From Vicugna vicugna (taxonomy: Eukaryota), in assembly GCA_013265495.1 (NCBI GenBank), contig MU058221.1, forward strand, positions 4,652,001 through 4,716,000: a DNA stretch of 64,000 bases, read 5' to 3'. Positions within the stretch are counted from its first letter, which is position 1, and every line of letters starts with the position of its first letter. Under the pieces are notes generated by a model. It did no database searches, was not told where the DNA came from, and saw nothing but the letters and a program-made list of their open reading frames with translations. This document shows, piece after piece, positions 13,534 to 25,197 of the stretch. The position numbers were made by a program, and so were the translations under genes.

Positions 13534-15496
13534 CTTGGGGGCAAAGAGAAAGGCAGAGTCTCAGGGCACAGAGGGAGCACCTGGATACCCGGAGGCCCCC
13601 AAAGGTCTGCACTGCCTCTTTCCACCTCTCTTCTCCAAAGACAGAGATGCAGCTTAGGGTGGTAACAGATTTCCGGTGTCTTGGCCCTCGTTACGACTGC
13701 TACAAAAAACCAAATGGTGCAGGCCGTAGGACTCGCACCGCGGACAACTCTCCCCTAGCCAGCTGCTTCTGGTTCAGGATTATTAAGACCCTCGAGGTAA
13801 GAAGTGCCAACTCAGATCCACTAATCATCAGCCTCTCGGTAATGGCAGGCAGGGCCCCTCCTCCCAGACCACACACACAGGCACAGCCAAGCCATGAGGA
13901 TTCCTCCCCAGGTCCCTGGCTCTCCCCCTACCCCGGCCTGGGTCTCCTGTGAACACCACGCAGGCGCCCCAGATCCAGACAGTATGAGCTGACGAGCCCG
14001 TGACCTCAGCTCGGCCACCCATAAATGGTCACCTTGAAAGGATGTGGCCCAGGCTATAAAGGTACTAAACAGAGCAGCGTATTCCTCCATCAATGAAGGA
14101 TGCCGGAGCAGCCACCCTGGGTCAGGCACCATGGGCGACATGGACACCAACAGGATCTGTGCCCTGCTCTCCAGGTCATATTTGGCTGCCAGCTTCTGTC
14201 CATTTAAAAATGCAAATCCCACAGCACCTGGATGCCTGCCTCAGACCTTCCAGTGCTTGCTACTTCTCTCAGGCATGAAACTTATAGTCACTCCACCCAG
14301 TGACCTATCTCACTCCTCCTCCTCTTGACCTCCCAGGCTCCAGCCAGAATGACTTCATCCTGGCTCCTTTAACATGATCACTCTCTCCCCACATCAGGCT
14401 TTCACACTGTTCCTTTTGCTTGGAGCGCCTTCCCCTCCTTGTTGAGTTGTTTACACACTCATTCAACATTTATTATTAACCATCTCTGCAGGTTATCAGA
14501 TCCCTGAATCTCCTGATCCAGACTCAGAAGCTCTGTGCATTGGGCTCCACTTTGTCAGGCTTCTACTCCGCATCAGCCCAAAAGTCGCTTCCTCCTGGAA
14601 CATACCTATATGATCGTATGTACATACCTATATGATCGTAAATCTCGGTTGTTTGAAGTCACTGAGTTTATGGTAATGTGTTATAGCAGCAAAAAAATTA
14701 CTACAGCATCCTGAGGAGAGTGTGGGGGAGTGGGGCATGGACTCACTAAACACTCAGGCTCAGCCCAACAGGACCCCCAGCCCTTCCTCTTCTCTGCAGG
14801 GAAGGCAGCTTCACAGCCAGAGCATTTCCGGTACATACCAGCCTACTGATAGGTGGAGGGTAGGGGCTGCGGGTTGCCCACCCCTCACCCCACACACGCA
14901 CCCCTCAGCCTTCCTAATAATACCCGCCTGCCCCAAGACCCAGGGTGCTGGCAGGGCTGCACTGAGCTAGGTGACCGGTTAGCAGCCCTCCCGCCCCCAT
15001 CCACACCAGCCTAACCAGTTCAAGTTCCATATGCTCCGAATCATCCCTCAAGGATTATCACGTGGCTGCCGAGGAGGGGAAAAAGGAAGCAGGTGCCCCC
15101 ACAGTCCTGCCCCGGTCCTCCTCGCCCACCTCTTCACGGTGGGCATCTCCCTCACTCTGGGCCCTTAGGCCCTCATCCCTTCTTCTCCCTGAATAGGAGC
15201 TCCTCTGAAGACTTCGTGCTCCCTCATGACCTCCCCAGGAGCAGGAGGCCAGTTCAGCACTGAAAACTCTTACAGATGCTACCCGCAGGAGGACAGCCTG
15301 TGTGTCAGGCTTCAGAACAGTGGCTACCACTGTACACACCAAACTCCGCAGGGTCGTGGCAGAGGGTGAACCCAGGCCGGAGCAGTGGGGAAAGACAAAC
15401 CCCAGCTCAGCTGGTCAGCCTGGGGCCAGGGCCTGAGAAGTGACCAGGAGACCCAGCCCACCCTGCTTTCCAAGAGAACATAGTCCAGGGAAAGAG

Positions 15497-15887
15497 TGTC
15501 ATTCTAAGTGTAGTAAGCCAGAAAGAGAAAAAAAAATACCATATGATATCACTTATATGTGGAATCTAAAAAAAATGACACAAATGAACTTATTTACAAA
15601 ACAGAAACAGGCTTACAGACATAGAAAACAAACATATGGTTACCGGTGGAGGGGGGCAGGGATAAATTGGAAGTTCAGGATTTGCAGATACAAACTACTA
15701 TATATAAAATAAACAACAAGGTCTACTGTTGTTTATACCACACAGGGAAATATATTCAATATCTTATAATTACCTATAATGAAAAAGAATGTGAAAAGGA
15801 ATATATATATATATAAAACTGAATCAGTATGCTGTACACCAGAGACTAACACAACATAGTAAACTAACTATACTTCAATTTAACAAT
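15497..15887 (+). mobile_element. L1 3' end
   Basis: tcacttatatgtggaatctaaaa...gctgtacaccaga...tacttcaat; TSD gggaaagag at 15488-15496 and 15888-15896. Confidence 0.88.
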
Positions 15888-16775
15888 GGGAAAGAGCCAC
15901 AGATTCCCCCCACTACTACCTTCCCCAAAACCAAGCAGAGAACCACTCAGGGAGGGCTGGGCTCTCCCTCCAGAGCTGAAGGAGAACAGGAGGGAGGGAT
16001 GGATGGAGACATGGGGCAGGATTTCCCCAGTCAAGGAGATGAGGGGAGGGCACTGCAGACAGAGGAAAGAAAGACCATTAGCAGAGGGAGAGAGGCAGCC
16101 ATGGGGACAGAAGGTTTTCTGGTGTCAGAAGCATATCCGTGCTGGGAAAAGGTGGGTCTGGGTGCCAAGGCTTCAGCATGAAGAGGCTGGACTTTGGAAG
16201 AGAGAACAGCAGGAAATCCTGAAGGTTTCTGGCTAAGGACCACTCGCAAGATTAGTCCCATAGAAAGATGGAGAAGAACCAGAGGGTGATGACCTTGGGA
16301 GCAAAGGGGGCAGAGCCAACAAAGATTTTCATGGAGGAAGGTGGGAATTGAGAGGTATTAGGTGAGGGCTTTTGTAACGAGAAGGTTTGGTGGGAAGAAC
16401 CGATGTTCCTGAGACACTGGATGCAGGACACGAAGAGAGGTGGGGGCTGGGACAAGCCTAGGAGGGATCCGACCTTTCCCGCTAAGAGGGGACCCAGAGA
16501 CGCATGGCCCCTGGCATAGAAAGCAGACTCCCAGGGAGGAACCTCTGGAGGGAGGGGATAGAGTAGGCCCCGGCCTGAGATGACGTGAGGTGAAGATGGC
16601 GGTTCGGAGGAGAGAGAGGGCACCTGGAGAAGGGCAGCCATCGGGCGGACACCTCTCCAGCCTCTCGGCAGAGGGCAGCATTTTCCTCCTGGAGGACTCT
16701 CTCTACAGCTGAGGGCTCTGCCAGCAGGGGGCGCCGGTGACCACGCACGGGAGGGGGTGGGACGCGTGGAGGGGG

Positions 16776-17150
16776 TGCTAAGGGCTGACCTGTGTCCCCT
16801 CAACATTCACACGCTGAAGCCCTAACCCCAGACCTCAGAATGCGGCTGTATTTGGAGAAGGACCTTCACAGAGGTGATTAAGTTGAGATGAGGCCCTCAG
16901 CGTGGGCCCTAATCCAGTGTGACTGGCGTCCTTACAAGAGGAGGTTTGGACACACAGAGACACCAAGACTGCGTGTACATCGAGGAGAGGCCACGAGGGG
17001 ACAGTGAGAAGACGGCCGTCTGCAAGCCAGAGGGAGAGGCCTCAGAGAGACCAAACCTGCCGACACCTTGATCCTGGACTTCTAGCCTCCAGAGCCGTGA
17101 GACTGTCGAAGCCACCCAGCCTGTGGTACCTCATCACGGCGGCGGGGGCA
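16776..17150 (+). mobile_element. MLT1-type MaLR solo LTR
   Basis: gggccctaatccagtgtgactggcgtccttacaaga...caccttgatcctggacttctagcctccaga...aagccacccagcctgtggtac. Confidence 0.85.
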
Positions 17151-17773
17151 GGAAGGGTCACCGTGTGCCCACTGGGGCTGGACACGGAGCAGGGGCTAGC
17201 AGGAAGGCCGGCGCGGGGTGGGCAGCATTGCCGCGGGTGGCGGTGGGTCGGGGCCTCCTGAGTTCTTTACAGAAGGGTCCGCAGGGCCAGAGGGTGACTG
17301 TGCATGAAAACAAGACATAAACAGACCTGGGGGGAGGAAACAGCTCAGAGAGAGGGAAGGGGCTTCGCTCCTGCCCCGGGACGGGTCTGACAGGCGCCCC
17401 CTGCACCTCCGGGCCCCTGACCTTACGTCGTAACTGACTCACCACCTGCCTCCCTAAAACTTCGCAGATGCGCAGGTCAAAGGCACTGATCGTTGAGCCT
17501 AATCGCCCTTCCTGGGTCCCAGGACCACGGGGCACCCTTCCCTTCACCTTCCTCTCTGCCCCCAAGCACTGCTGAGGGAAGGCCAGGGTGGCCTCCGCCG
17601 CCCCACGTGCCAGGCCAGGCAACCCACGCCGGACACAGCCCCGGCCACAAGGGGGCGCCCGCGGAGCCCGGGGCCGAGGGTGGCTCGGTGGCGGTGCTGG
17701 GGTCCCTCCGGACACAGCGCACCTCGGCTCTCCGAGCTGCCCCCCAACCCGGATGGAAGCACAGGAAGGTCAC

Positions 17774-17863
17774 GTGTGGACGGGCCGTCCAGCGAGGGTG
17801 CGCTCCACCCACAGCCTCCGCGCTGCGGAGCGTCGAGCACCGTGTGGCTGCCCATGAGATGCT
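17774..17863 (-). pseudogene. TRABD2A: TRABD2A exon 5 remnant with 1-nt deletion
   Basis: ctgcag|...|gtgacc; HLMGSHTVLDAPQRGGC then, after a frameshift, [11 protein letters not shown] vs recalled human [29 protein letters not shown]; 90 nt. Confidence 0.85.
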
Positions 17864-18454
17864 CTGCAGTAAGAAAAACGAGCCGAAATGCGGCAGCTCT
17901 CGTGAGCCCCAAACATACCCCCAGTACACACCCTGGGACCAAGAAATCACCCTGCCAGCCCCCTCCCTGCTGTCCAGCCCGGTAAGTTCAGACGGCTTCC
18001 GCAGTGGGGCCTCCCAGCAGCCCTGCCAGGGAGGCCCGGAGAAAGGGGAACTCTGAGGATCAGAACGGTGCAGCGAGCTGCCCAGAGTCGCACAGCTCAG
18101 GGGACACCAAGTCCCAACCTCCCGCCTCTGAATCCAGCGCTCAGTCCTAATCATTCTCATTTATATAAACCCACCACCTCTGAGACTCCAGCCCCGTTCT
18201 GTCCTGTGTGTACTTTAAAATGCACATTGTAAGAAAACAGTGACTTCACCTGCCTACACTATGAAAGACCGTGGAAGCTTTCAATACACCCTCAAACGCT
18301 GAGCTGTGTGTCTCTTTATCCCTCTACCCCAGCCCCTGCATTTTAATGACAGAAGTGGAGTGATGCTCTCACCTCTTAGAAGATTCAATGAAGTCACTTT
18401 TTCTAGACACTGGAAGAGTCAGATTGAGTTTTAAACAGTATTAAAGGTTTATCT

Positions 18455-18603
18455 GGGGGTGCGGGGAGGGTATAGCTCAGTGGTAGAGCACATGCTTAGC
18501 ATGCATGGGGTCCTGGGTCCAATCCGCAGTACCTCTATTTATATAAATAAGTAGATCGAATAAAATCCCCCCTCAAAAAAAACAACAAAACAAAGGATTT
18601 TTT
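18455..18603 (+). mobile_element. tRNA-derived SINE (camelid vic-1-like)
   Basis: ggggagggtatagctcagtggtagagcacatgcttagcatgca head with A/B boxes; A-rich tail; imperfect TSD taaagg(t)ttatct. Confidence 0.88.
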
Positions 18604-20570
18604 TAAAAGGTTATCTCATAAGATTCTCCCACACAAGCCCGTTGTTCTGGAGATGCTAAAGGGGATGATTTTAACAGGAGGGTGGAGGTGTGATACACCG
18701 AAACTGTGACAGTTGCGGGTGCAACGCAGTGCCTGCAGGTGAGGCTGAAACACTGGGTTCTCTCCCCACTTCCCAGCCTCAGCCTCCCCTCCCTGCCCCT
18801 TCTCCTCCCAGGGGTTTAACAGGTTAACCATCACCCTAGTCAAATACAGAACGGGGTTTCCACCCTCCAAAGTGCTTCTCCTATTTCCAGCAGCCTTGGA
18901 AAGACCTTTCGAGAATCCTCACACTCTTGTGATACAGCTGTCAATTTCCACTTCATGGATAACAGATCTCCTGCTGTTTCCTTGAAATGATGCTCTTTCA
19001 TTTTCAAGTCAAAAGCTTTCATCTTCTCCTTTGTCATCTTTTTTTAATCACGTCATTTAGGTCAGACCCTCCTCTCTGTTTTCCAGAATCTCTTCTCTTC
19101 AGCACACCCCTCCCTTTGCACCAGCAGCCCCTCCACAAAGGCAGCCCTGAATGTGCAAGGTGACCTCCCCGCACCACCATCCTGCTCCACCTTCTAAATG
19201 CCAAACATGACCTATGACCTTTGGCCACTGGGCCACCTGCCCAGCCCTCATTCCACAGGGGCAGGCACATTTCCCATCCTCCCCACCACCCGCAGGGGCC
19301 CTGGGGACAGGACAGGCCTGGAGGAGTCACAAGAAACGCATGAGATACCTGGCCCCTAACAGCTCCATCAGCCCTGCCATCTGCCCCTCTGACTTCCAAA
19401 GCCCCCACCCATGTTAACTTTTTTCTGCTGCTTCAAATTTTAATTTCCCAACTGATCTTGACCTTTCTCCCCACTTCCCCCGCCTCCACCCAGAGTGCAC
19501 GTATGAATCAGCACCACCATAACTCTGCTAGGCCTTCTTTCGTGTATTTCTTGCTTTCCCCTTCCTCTTGCTTGCTTTGCCTTGGTTTGACTTGCTCCCG
19601 CTCTAGACTGTCTAGAAACTCATTGGATCTTCTGACACTTGCAGGGTGACGCTGGATGCAGCCTCTCTGGTCCCCCTCCCCACGCCAGGTGCAGACATTC
19701 CTTTTCAACGCCTATACTCACTTGCCTTTCCTGTGACCCAGATCTGACACACCTGGACAGCATCACTCACACCCACTAGCTCCCTCCTCTCTCCTTCCCA
19801 GTGTCCTCCTGCAGGTGAGGGAGACAACACCCCCCCCATCTCAAAACCTCTGCTGGACTCACTTCCCCATGATCTTAGTGGGGGAGGGACGGAAGCAGTG
19901 GTTTGTCCCATGGGAGGCTCACTGATCAAAGCATAACAAGCATCTGTCCCACCTCTCTCCTGTAGGGGAGCCTGGCCAGCCGCCCCCTCCCCTAAATGGC
20001 CCCCAGGCAAGGCTTGCACTCACTGCACCAGCTCGGCCACACTCACTGCAACACGGCGGGCGGGGTGGAAGCCATGCCTGGAAATGCCGGCATCCTCCCC
20101 AGCCTCTCGTGTGCCACCCTGTACAAACACCATGAACACTTCCCGTTGCATCGCACTCATTTGTTCCTGGAAGCCCCCGAAAGCCGCAGCCAAAGTTTTG
20201 CTCCATCATTTCTCAGGTTACCTAAGCCAGCCGGGAGACTTTCTGACTTGCGCCCCTCCCTTCTCTGAAGGCTGGTTCACACTGCCTGCTGCCTAAGCCA
20301 GGAGGTCACTGCCGAATCCCTAAAGCCTCATCCTTCGACGGGGACCCTGGAATAAACTCTCATCAATGCCCCTCTCCATTCTTAAGTTTCCTAAAGAATA
20401 ACTTTCTCAGCTGCAGCCTCTCATTCAACACCAACATCTGCCCCGTTTTAGTTTTGGAGCCCTTCCTGACCTCCGTCCTTTGTACACAGGATGTCCCGGT
20501 GCCATCAGGCAATGTCCTTATTCTTGCATTTAAATGCGCGCTGAGCTGGGCAGAGGACAGGGGCTCTCAC

Positions 20571-20716
20571 CTGGGAGCTCTCATGGCTGAAGACGACGCA
20601 GCTGAGGTCCCCGCACTTGTAGTGTTATACAAGGTCCTTTGTTGTGCAGGGATCCGAAGGCTGCCTGCTCGCAGGCTCTCCTGCTGCAGGAGGGTCTGGT
20701 TCAAAGCAAAGAGGAC
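20571..20716 (-). pseudogene. TRABD2A: TRABD2A exon 3 remnant with 1-nt deletion and stop in the ancestral frame
   Basis: ctcag|...|gtgag; [22 protein letters not shown](P) then, in another frame, CTTKDLV*HYKCGDLSCVVFSHESSQ vs recalled human [49 protein letters not shown]; 146 nt; TAA at 20625-20627. Confidence 0.93.
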
Positions 20717-22399
20717 CTGAGGGGAGAAAACATATGTCTCTTTTAAGTTCACTGACACAGCGATCATTAGCTACTGTCTTATTTCTTTTGTCCATGTTGG
20801 CAGTAGCCTCAACTCTGCGTAAGGACATGGACGCTGCTGCTAAAAAAGGGGGGGGGACACAAATCCCTGGATGGCGTCCAACGAAGAGGAGGACAGTCCT
20901 GCCCAAGTCAGCCCCCATCGGATGCCTCCTGGGAAAGTGGGTGCCTTGGAACTCTCCCACGACAGTGACCAAGAGGTCAGGAGACCCCGAGAGCTGGTCT
21001 GTGGGGGATGGCTAAAGCTGGGGAGGTGGGGCAGGGAGGCACTGGGACCCACAGGCACACGTCCCTACCGGTTTCAACCACATGAAGGACTGGACAGGCT
21101 ATATTCACAGTATCCACAAGTCTTTTTCCAACCATCAGGGCGGCATTTGGCGACTAAGGGATTCATTAGGTCCATAAGATGTCAATAGTAGTTATCATGA
21201 AAAACAGGGAGTGGGGAATGAAGGCTAAACAAAATCAAGCACGTTTTTATCTTTATGGAACTTCTCAGAGTCTCGATGCACTAATGCGCACCGCGCTGCC
21301 TCTCCCCGAGGCGGGGAGAGCGTGCTGGCTTTCCGAGCTGATTTCAGAGCACATCACAAGAGAAGGGTTGGCTGGAATGTCTTTGGGGGAAAATCCAGAC
21401 TCAAGAAATTTTACAAAGCAGCGGATTCTCCGTGGCACTGGAGAGCTAGGTCAGAGGGGGAAGGCAGGACTCGCATCAGGTGGGAATTGGGGTCGACCAC
21501 CCTCTGCAAGGCTCCTGACAGCACCGGAGATGCTGTGGCATTTTCCCTCTCATTCCCCCAAGTATGGATGCAGACATCTCTATCACCTTTGACAGCTGGC
21601 CCAGTAGTCAGTGTATAGGATAACATCTTTGCTGGAATGTTTCCTCCCCCTTGGCTGAAATGCAGGCAGGCGGGGTTCATATGAGCATTCTGACCATGAG
21701 GTCGTCAACAGGAAGTTTTCGATTGTCCAGTGATAACACATCGCAGGTCTCAAGTCATCAAATGACCCCGTGCAGACCCTCCCCCTTCTTCCTCCTTCCA
21801 TGCTTTCTCACTCTGAGTGGCAAAGAGGCCGGAAGTCTTGTCGACTCGCTTCCCACAGGCCACTGCACACAGGCCTGCCTGCCGCACACCCTCCGTCCAT
21901 GCCACTGCCTGGCTTGGTAACTCTGTCCCTGCTGGGGGGGCTTCAACTAAAGGGGGAGGAGGCAGTTCCCTCTTTGTAAAATCCCCTCCTCTCCTCTCTT
22001 CTCTTTGCATGCCCCCCCACCATCAGAGACACCTCCTCCAGCCTCTCCTGGAGGTCGGCTCCCCAAGAATCTGCAAACCAGCCTCTTCTATCTTGGGATG
22101 AGCCTTCCAGGCCATGCCGTGTTCCCACCCTCCCCACCCCTCCACTGGTGACACGGGCCGACAGAGAAGCAGATACATCCAGGTGCCTGTCTACAAACTG
22201 TGGTCTAAGTGAGGAAACTCGGTCTTCCAGAGAAATGAGCCCCTGGGTTCTAAAGCCATACAGTGAGGACCTATCCACACCACCAGGAATTGCTAAATGA
22301 CTTCCGATCAGCTGGAGGAACAAACCTTTGGAGGAGGGGAGAGGCGGCACTATGGAGCACCTCGCAGGTATGCCACGCCCCAGGCTAAGGTCTCACACA

Positions 22400-22869
22400 T
22401 TCCGTCTCAGTCTAACTCATCCAGTCCAGCTCCCAGTAATCAAGAGAAATAATCATACCTGGTATCTGAGTTGTTCTCCAGGAGGAAGGTCACGGAACTG
22501 TCACCTCACACAATAGCCTGAATCACGAGAAGACCACGCAGTGGACACTTACAGATAAAGAGATCAAAAGAGTGACAACCACTAGCCTCTAAAGAATCAG
22601 CCGCCTGGGGTCACCATGATGCCACTCTGAGTCTTACAAGAAAAATTCTGTTGACTGTTATCAACGCCTTACTGTTTAATCTACGGCTGTACCATCACCC
22701 TGCCCCACCCGCAAGATGAGTTCACGGTTCTGCAGGCACTCACCTGCTGCGAGTCAGTCCCTTCACCCAGCAAAGCAATAAAGCTGCCTCTTCTCTTTTA
22801 TTCTCTAAGACCCTATCTCTGAGTTTCAGTTCGGCTTCACTGGGGGCAGGGGCCAATCTTTCAGCAACA
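22400..22869 (+). mobile_element. ERV-type LTR (5' limit uncertain)
   Basis: AATAAA followed by a U5-like end terminating in ...gcaaca. Confidence 0.55.
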
Positions 22870-22973
22870 CTGCAAGTGTTCTAACTATGGACCTTGGGGG
22901 CTTTAATACTGTGCTGGTTTATAGCCTAACCACTTCTGAGAGGTCTTAAGCATCTTGCAGATTAAAAGCCACC

Positions 22974-23250
22974 ACAGACATAGAAAACAAACTTATAGTT
23001 ACCAGGGGGAGATGGGGGCAGGGAGGGATAAATCGGGAGTTCAAGACTTGTAGATATTAACTACTATATATAAAATAGATAAACAACAAGGACCTACTGT
23101 ATAACACAGGGAACTATATTTAATATCTTGTAGTAACCTATAATGGAAAAGAATATGAAAAGTAATATATATGTATAAATGAATCACTGTGCTGTACACC
23201 AGAAATTAACAGAACACTGTAAATTGACTGTACTTCAATTTTTAAAAAAT
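22974..23250 (+). mobile_element. L1 3' end
   Basis: Same L1 3' UTR motifs as 15497-15887. Confidence 0.88.
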
Positions 23251-23259
23251 TAGTAAAAT

Positions 23260-23380
23260 GGGGGGAGGGTATATAGCTCAGTGGTAGAGCGCATGCCTAG
23301 CATGCACAAGGTCCTGGGTTCAATCCCCAGTACCTCCATTTAAAAAATTAAAAAAATAAACTTAATTACCCCACCACAAA
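23260..23380 (+). mobile_element. vic-1-like SINE inserted in the L1 A-tail
   Basis: tRNA-like head; TSD aaaaatta(g/a)taaaat. Confidence 0.9.
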
Positions 23381-24782
23381 AAAATTAATAAAATAATGTT
23401 AGGGGAAAACAGTTGATATTTTTTATGCTATTACTTGAACTTTCTCACTGAAAGGAATAAAACTATATTTATTTAAAAAAAAATTTAAAAACCCAGCCCA
23501 GGATAAGCCATTGACCACTGGGCCTGCAGCACCCTACTAAGAGATGTGGCAGAAAGGACAGGGTTTTCTTGGCTGGGAAGGGCCCTGGCAGATCCCAAGC
23601 TCCGAACACAGTGCTCGCTATCCGGTCCATGAAACGCATCCAGCAAAAGCCAGAGTTAGGCTGAGGGAAGCAACTGAAGGGACAGCTTGGCCCAGGGCAT
23701 CCAAGGAGACAGCCACCCCAGCTTCCCCGTCAGTGGCTTAGCAGAGACCCGGGGGAGCCTCTGGTGCAGTTTCTGTTTAAGGGGGAAAGCTCTTAGATTT
23801 CTGGGAGAAAGGCCAGGCACGGGGTCCTGAGATAGGCCTATCTGAGTGAGGCCCTCCTGGGGTTTCCTCAGAGCCTAACACCCCCTGTGACTCTGAGCCC
23901 TGGTTAGCTTTCCCCTTGCACACAGCCAAGGAGGTGGGTCTCCGCCTCCTCCAGACAGCAGCCCTTTGTCAGCTCTGCCGCCCAGACCTCGGCTCACAGT
24001 CCCCGTCGGGGGCCGCCCAAGCTCCGTCCAGCCAGGGGCAGGGCCCCGGAGGCACTGCGGGGGGTGCCTTCTTGGAGGCAAAACTTTGGGGCAAACCAAG
24101 GGTGGCCATCCGTGTCGCCCCTGCACAGGGGAGGCCACCACCACCAGGTCTCTGCAAGAAGTCTCCACATCCTGGAGCAGGGGACAGGGTGCACATGAGG
24201 GCCTCATAAAAATGATACACTGCCCCAAACTTGCCCCAGCTAAAGCCACGGGAGGGCCAGACCCAGCTTGCTCAGAAATCTGCTGTGGCATCTCCGAAGC
24301 ATTAACAACCGTCGATCATTCTTCCATGACTGACTGTCCTGGCTATGCCTGACGGAGTCTGAGCCAGTCGAACGAATGCAGGGTTTCAGGATGTGACTCA
24401 CGGAGAAGCACATACCTCTGAAACATCTCTCATTTGGTTAAGTGGACCCCAGAGGCCTCTTCCGGGAAGTTCACCCTGATGGGTGTTGTCACCGACCTAA
24501 CCACCTGCGTTTCAGGGTCAGTACTAAGTGATCGCATGTGGGGCACAAGCGCTGTTCCCGGGCAGCCAGAGAGCCCAGGGCCAGCGGGCAGCCTGCCAGG
24601 CCAGGGGCCGGGGCAAAGGGGAACCGGGGCAAAGGAGTGGGCGTGGGCACCCGGCCAAGTGTCCCCAGTGTCCCCAGACATGCATGCTGCCCCCACACCT
24701 CCCCCACAGACAACTCCCCGCCACCCACTGCCTCTTGTCCCCATTCAGCTCCTTTCTTTGGGGTTTCTGCTAACATCTCACG

Positions 24783-25197
24783 TGTTACATCAGTCTGCTA
24801 GGACTGTCTTAACAAGCAGAGTGACTTAAACAACAGAAATGTATTGTCACACAATTCTGGAAGCTGGAAGTCCAAAATGAAGGTGTCAGCAGTGTCACGC
24901 TCTCTCTGAAGGTGTCAGGGAAAAATCTGTTCTAAGTCTCTCTCCTAGCTTCTGGTGGTTTCTCAGTCTGTGGCAGCGTAACTCCAACATTTACATGGCT
25001 TTTTCCTTGTGTGCCTCTCTGCGACGTAATTTCCTCTTTTTATAAGGACACAGTCATATTGGGTTCGTGCCCAGACAACGATCTCACCTTAAACCGACCA
25101 TCTGCAAAGACTCTTTCCAAATAAGGTCTCATTCAAAGGTCTTGGGGGTTGGTACTTCAATGTAAGAATCTGGGGACCCAAGTCAACTCATCAAACA
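24783..25197 (-). mobile_element. MLT1-type MaLR solo LTR
   Basis: gacttaaacaacagaaatgtatt...ggaagtccaaaatgaaggtgtcagcag...tataaggacac. Confidence 0.85.

Noticed and set aside
18463..18535. tRNA-Ala-like sequences here and at six other sites
   Set aside because: Each continues into a shared SINE tail and A-rich end, several have TSDs, and the acceptor stems are degenerate, so they are SINEs and not tRNA genes.
18860..19040. Minus-strand EIDS motif (18937-18948) resembling TRABD2A exon 4
   Set aside because: The similarity does not extend to either side and is far weaker than for exons 3, 5 and 7; probably chance or an old repeat fragment.
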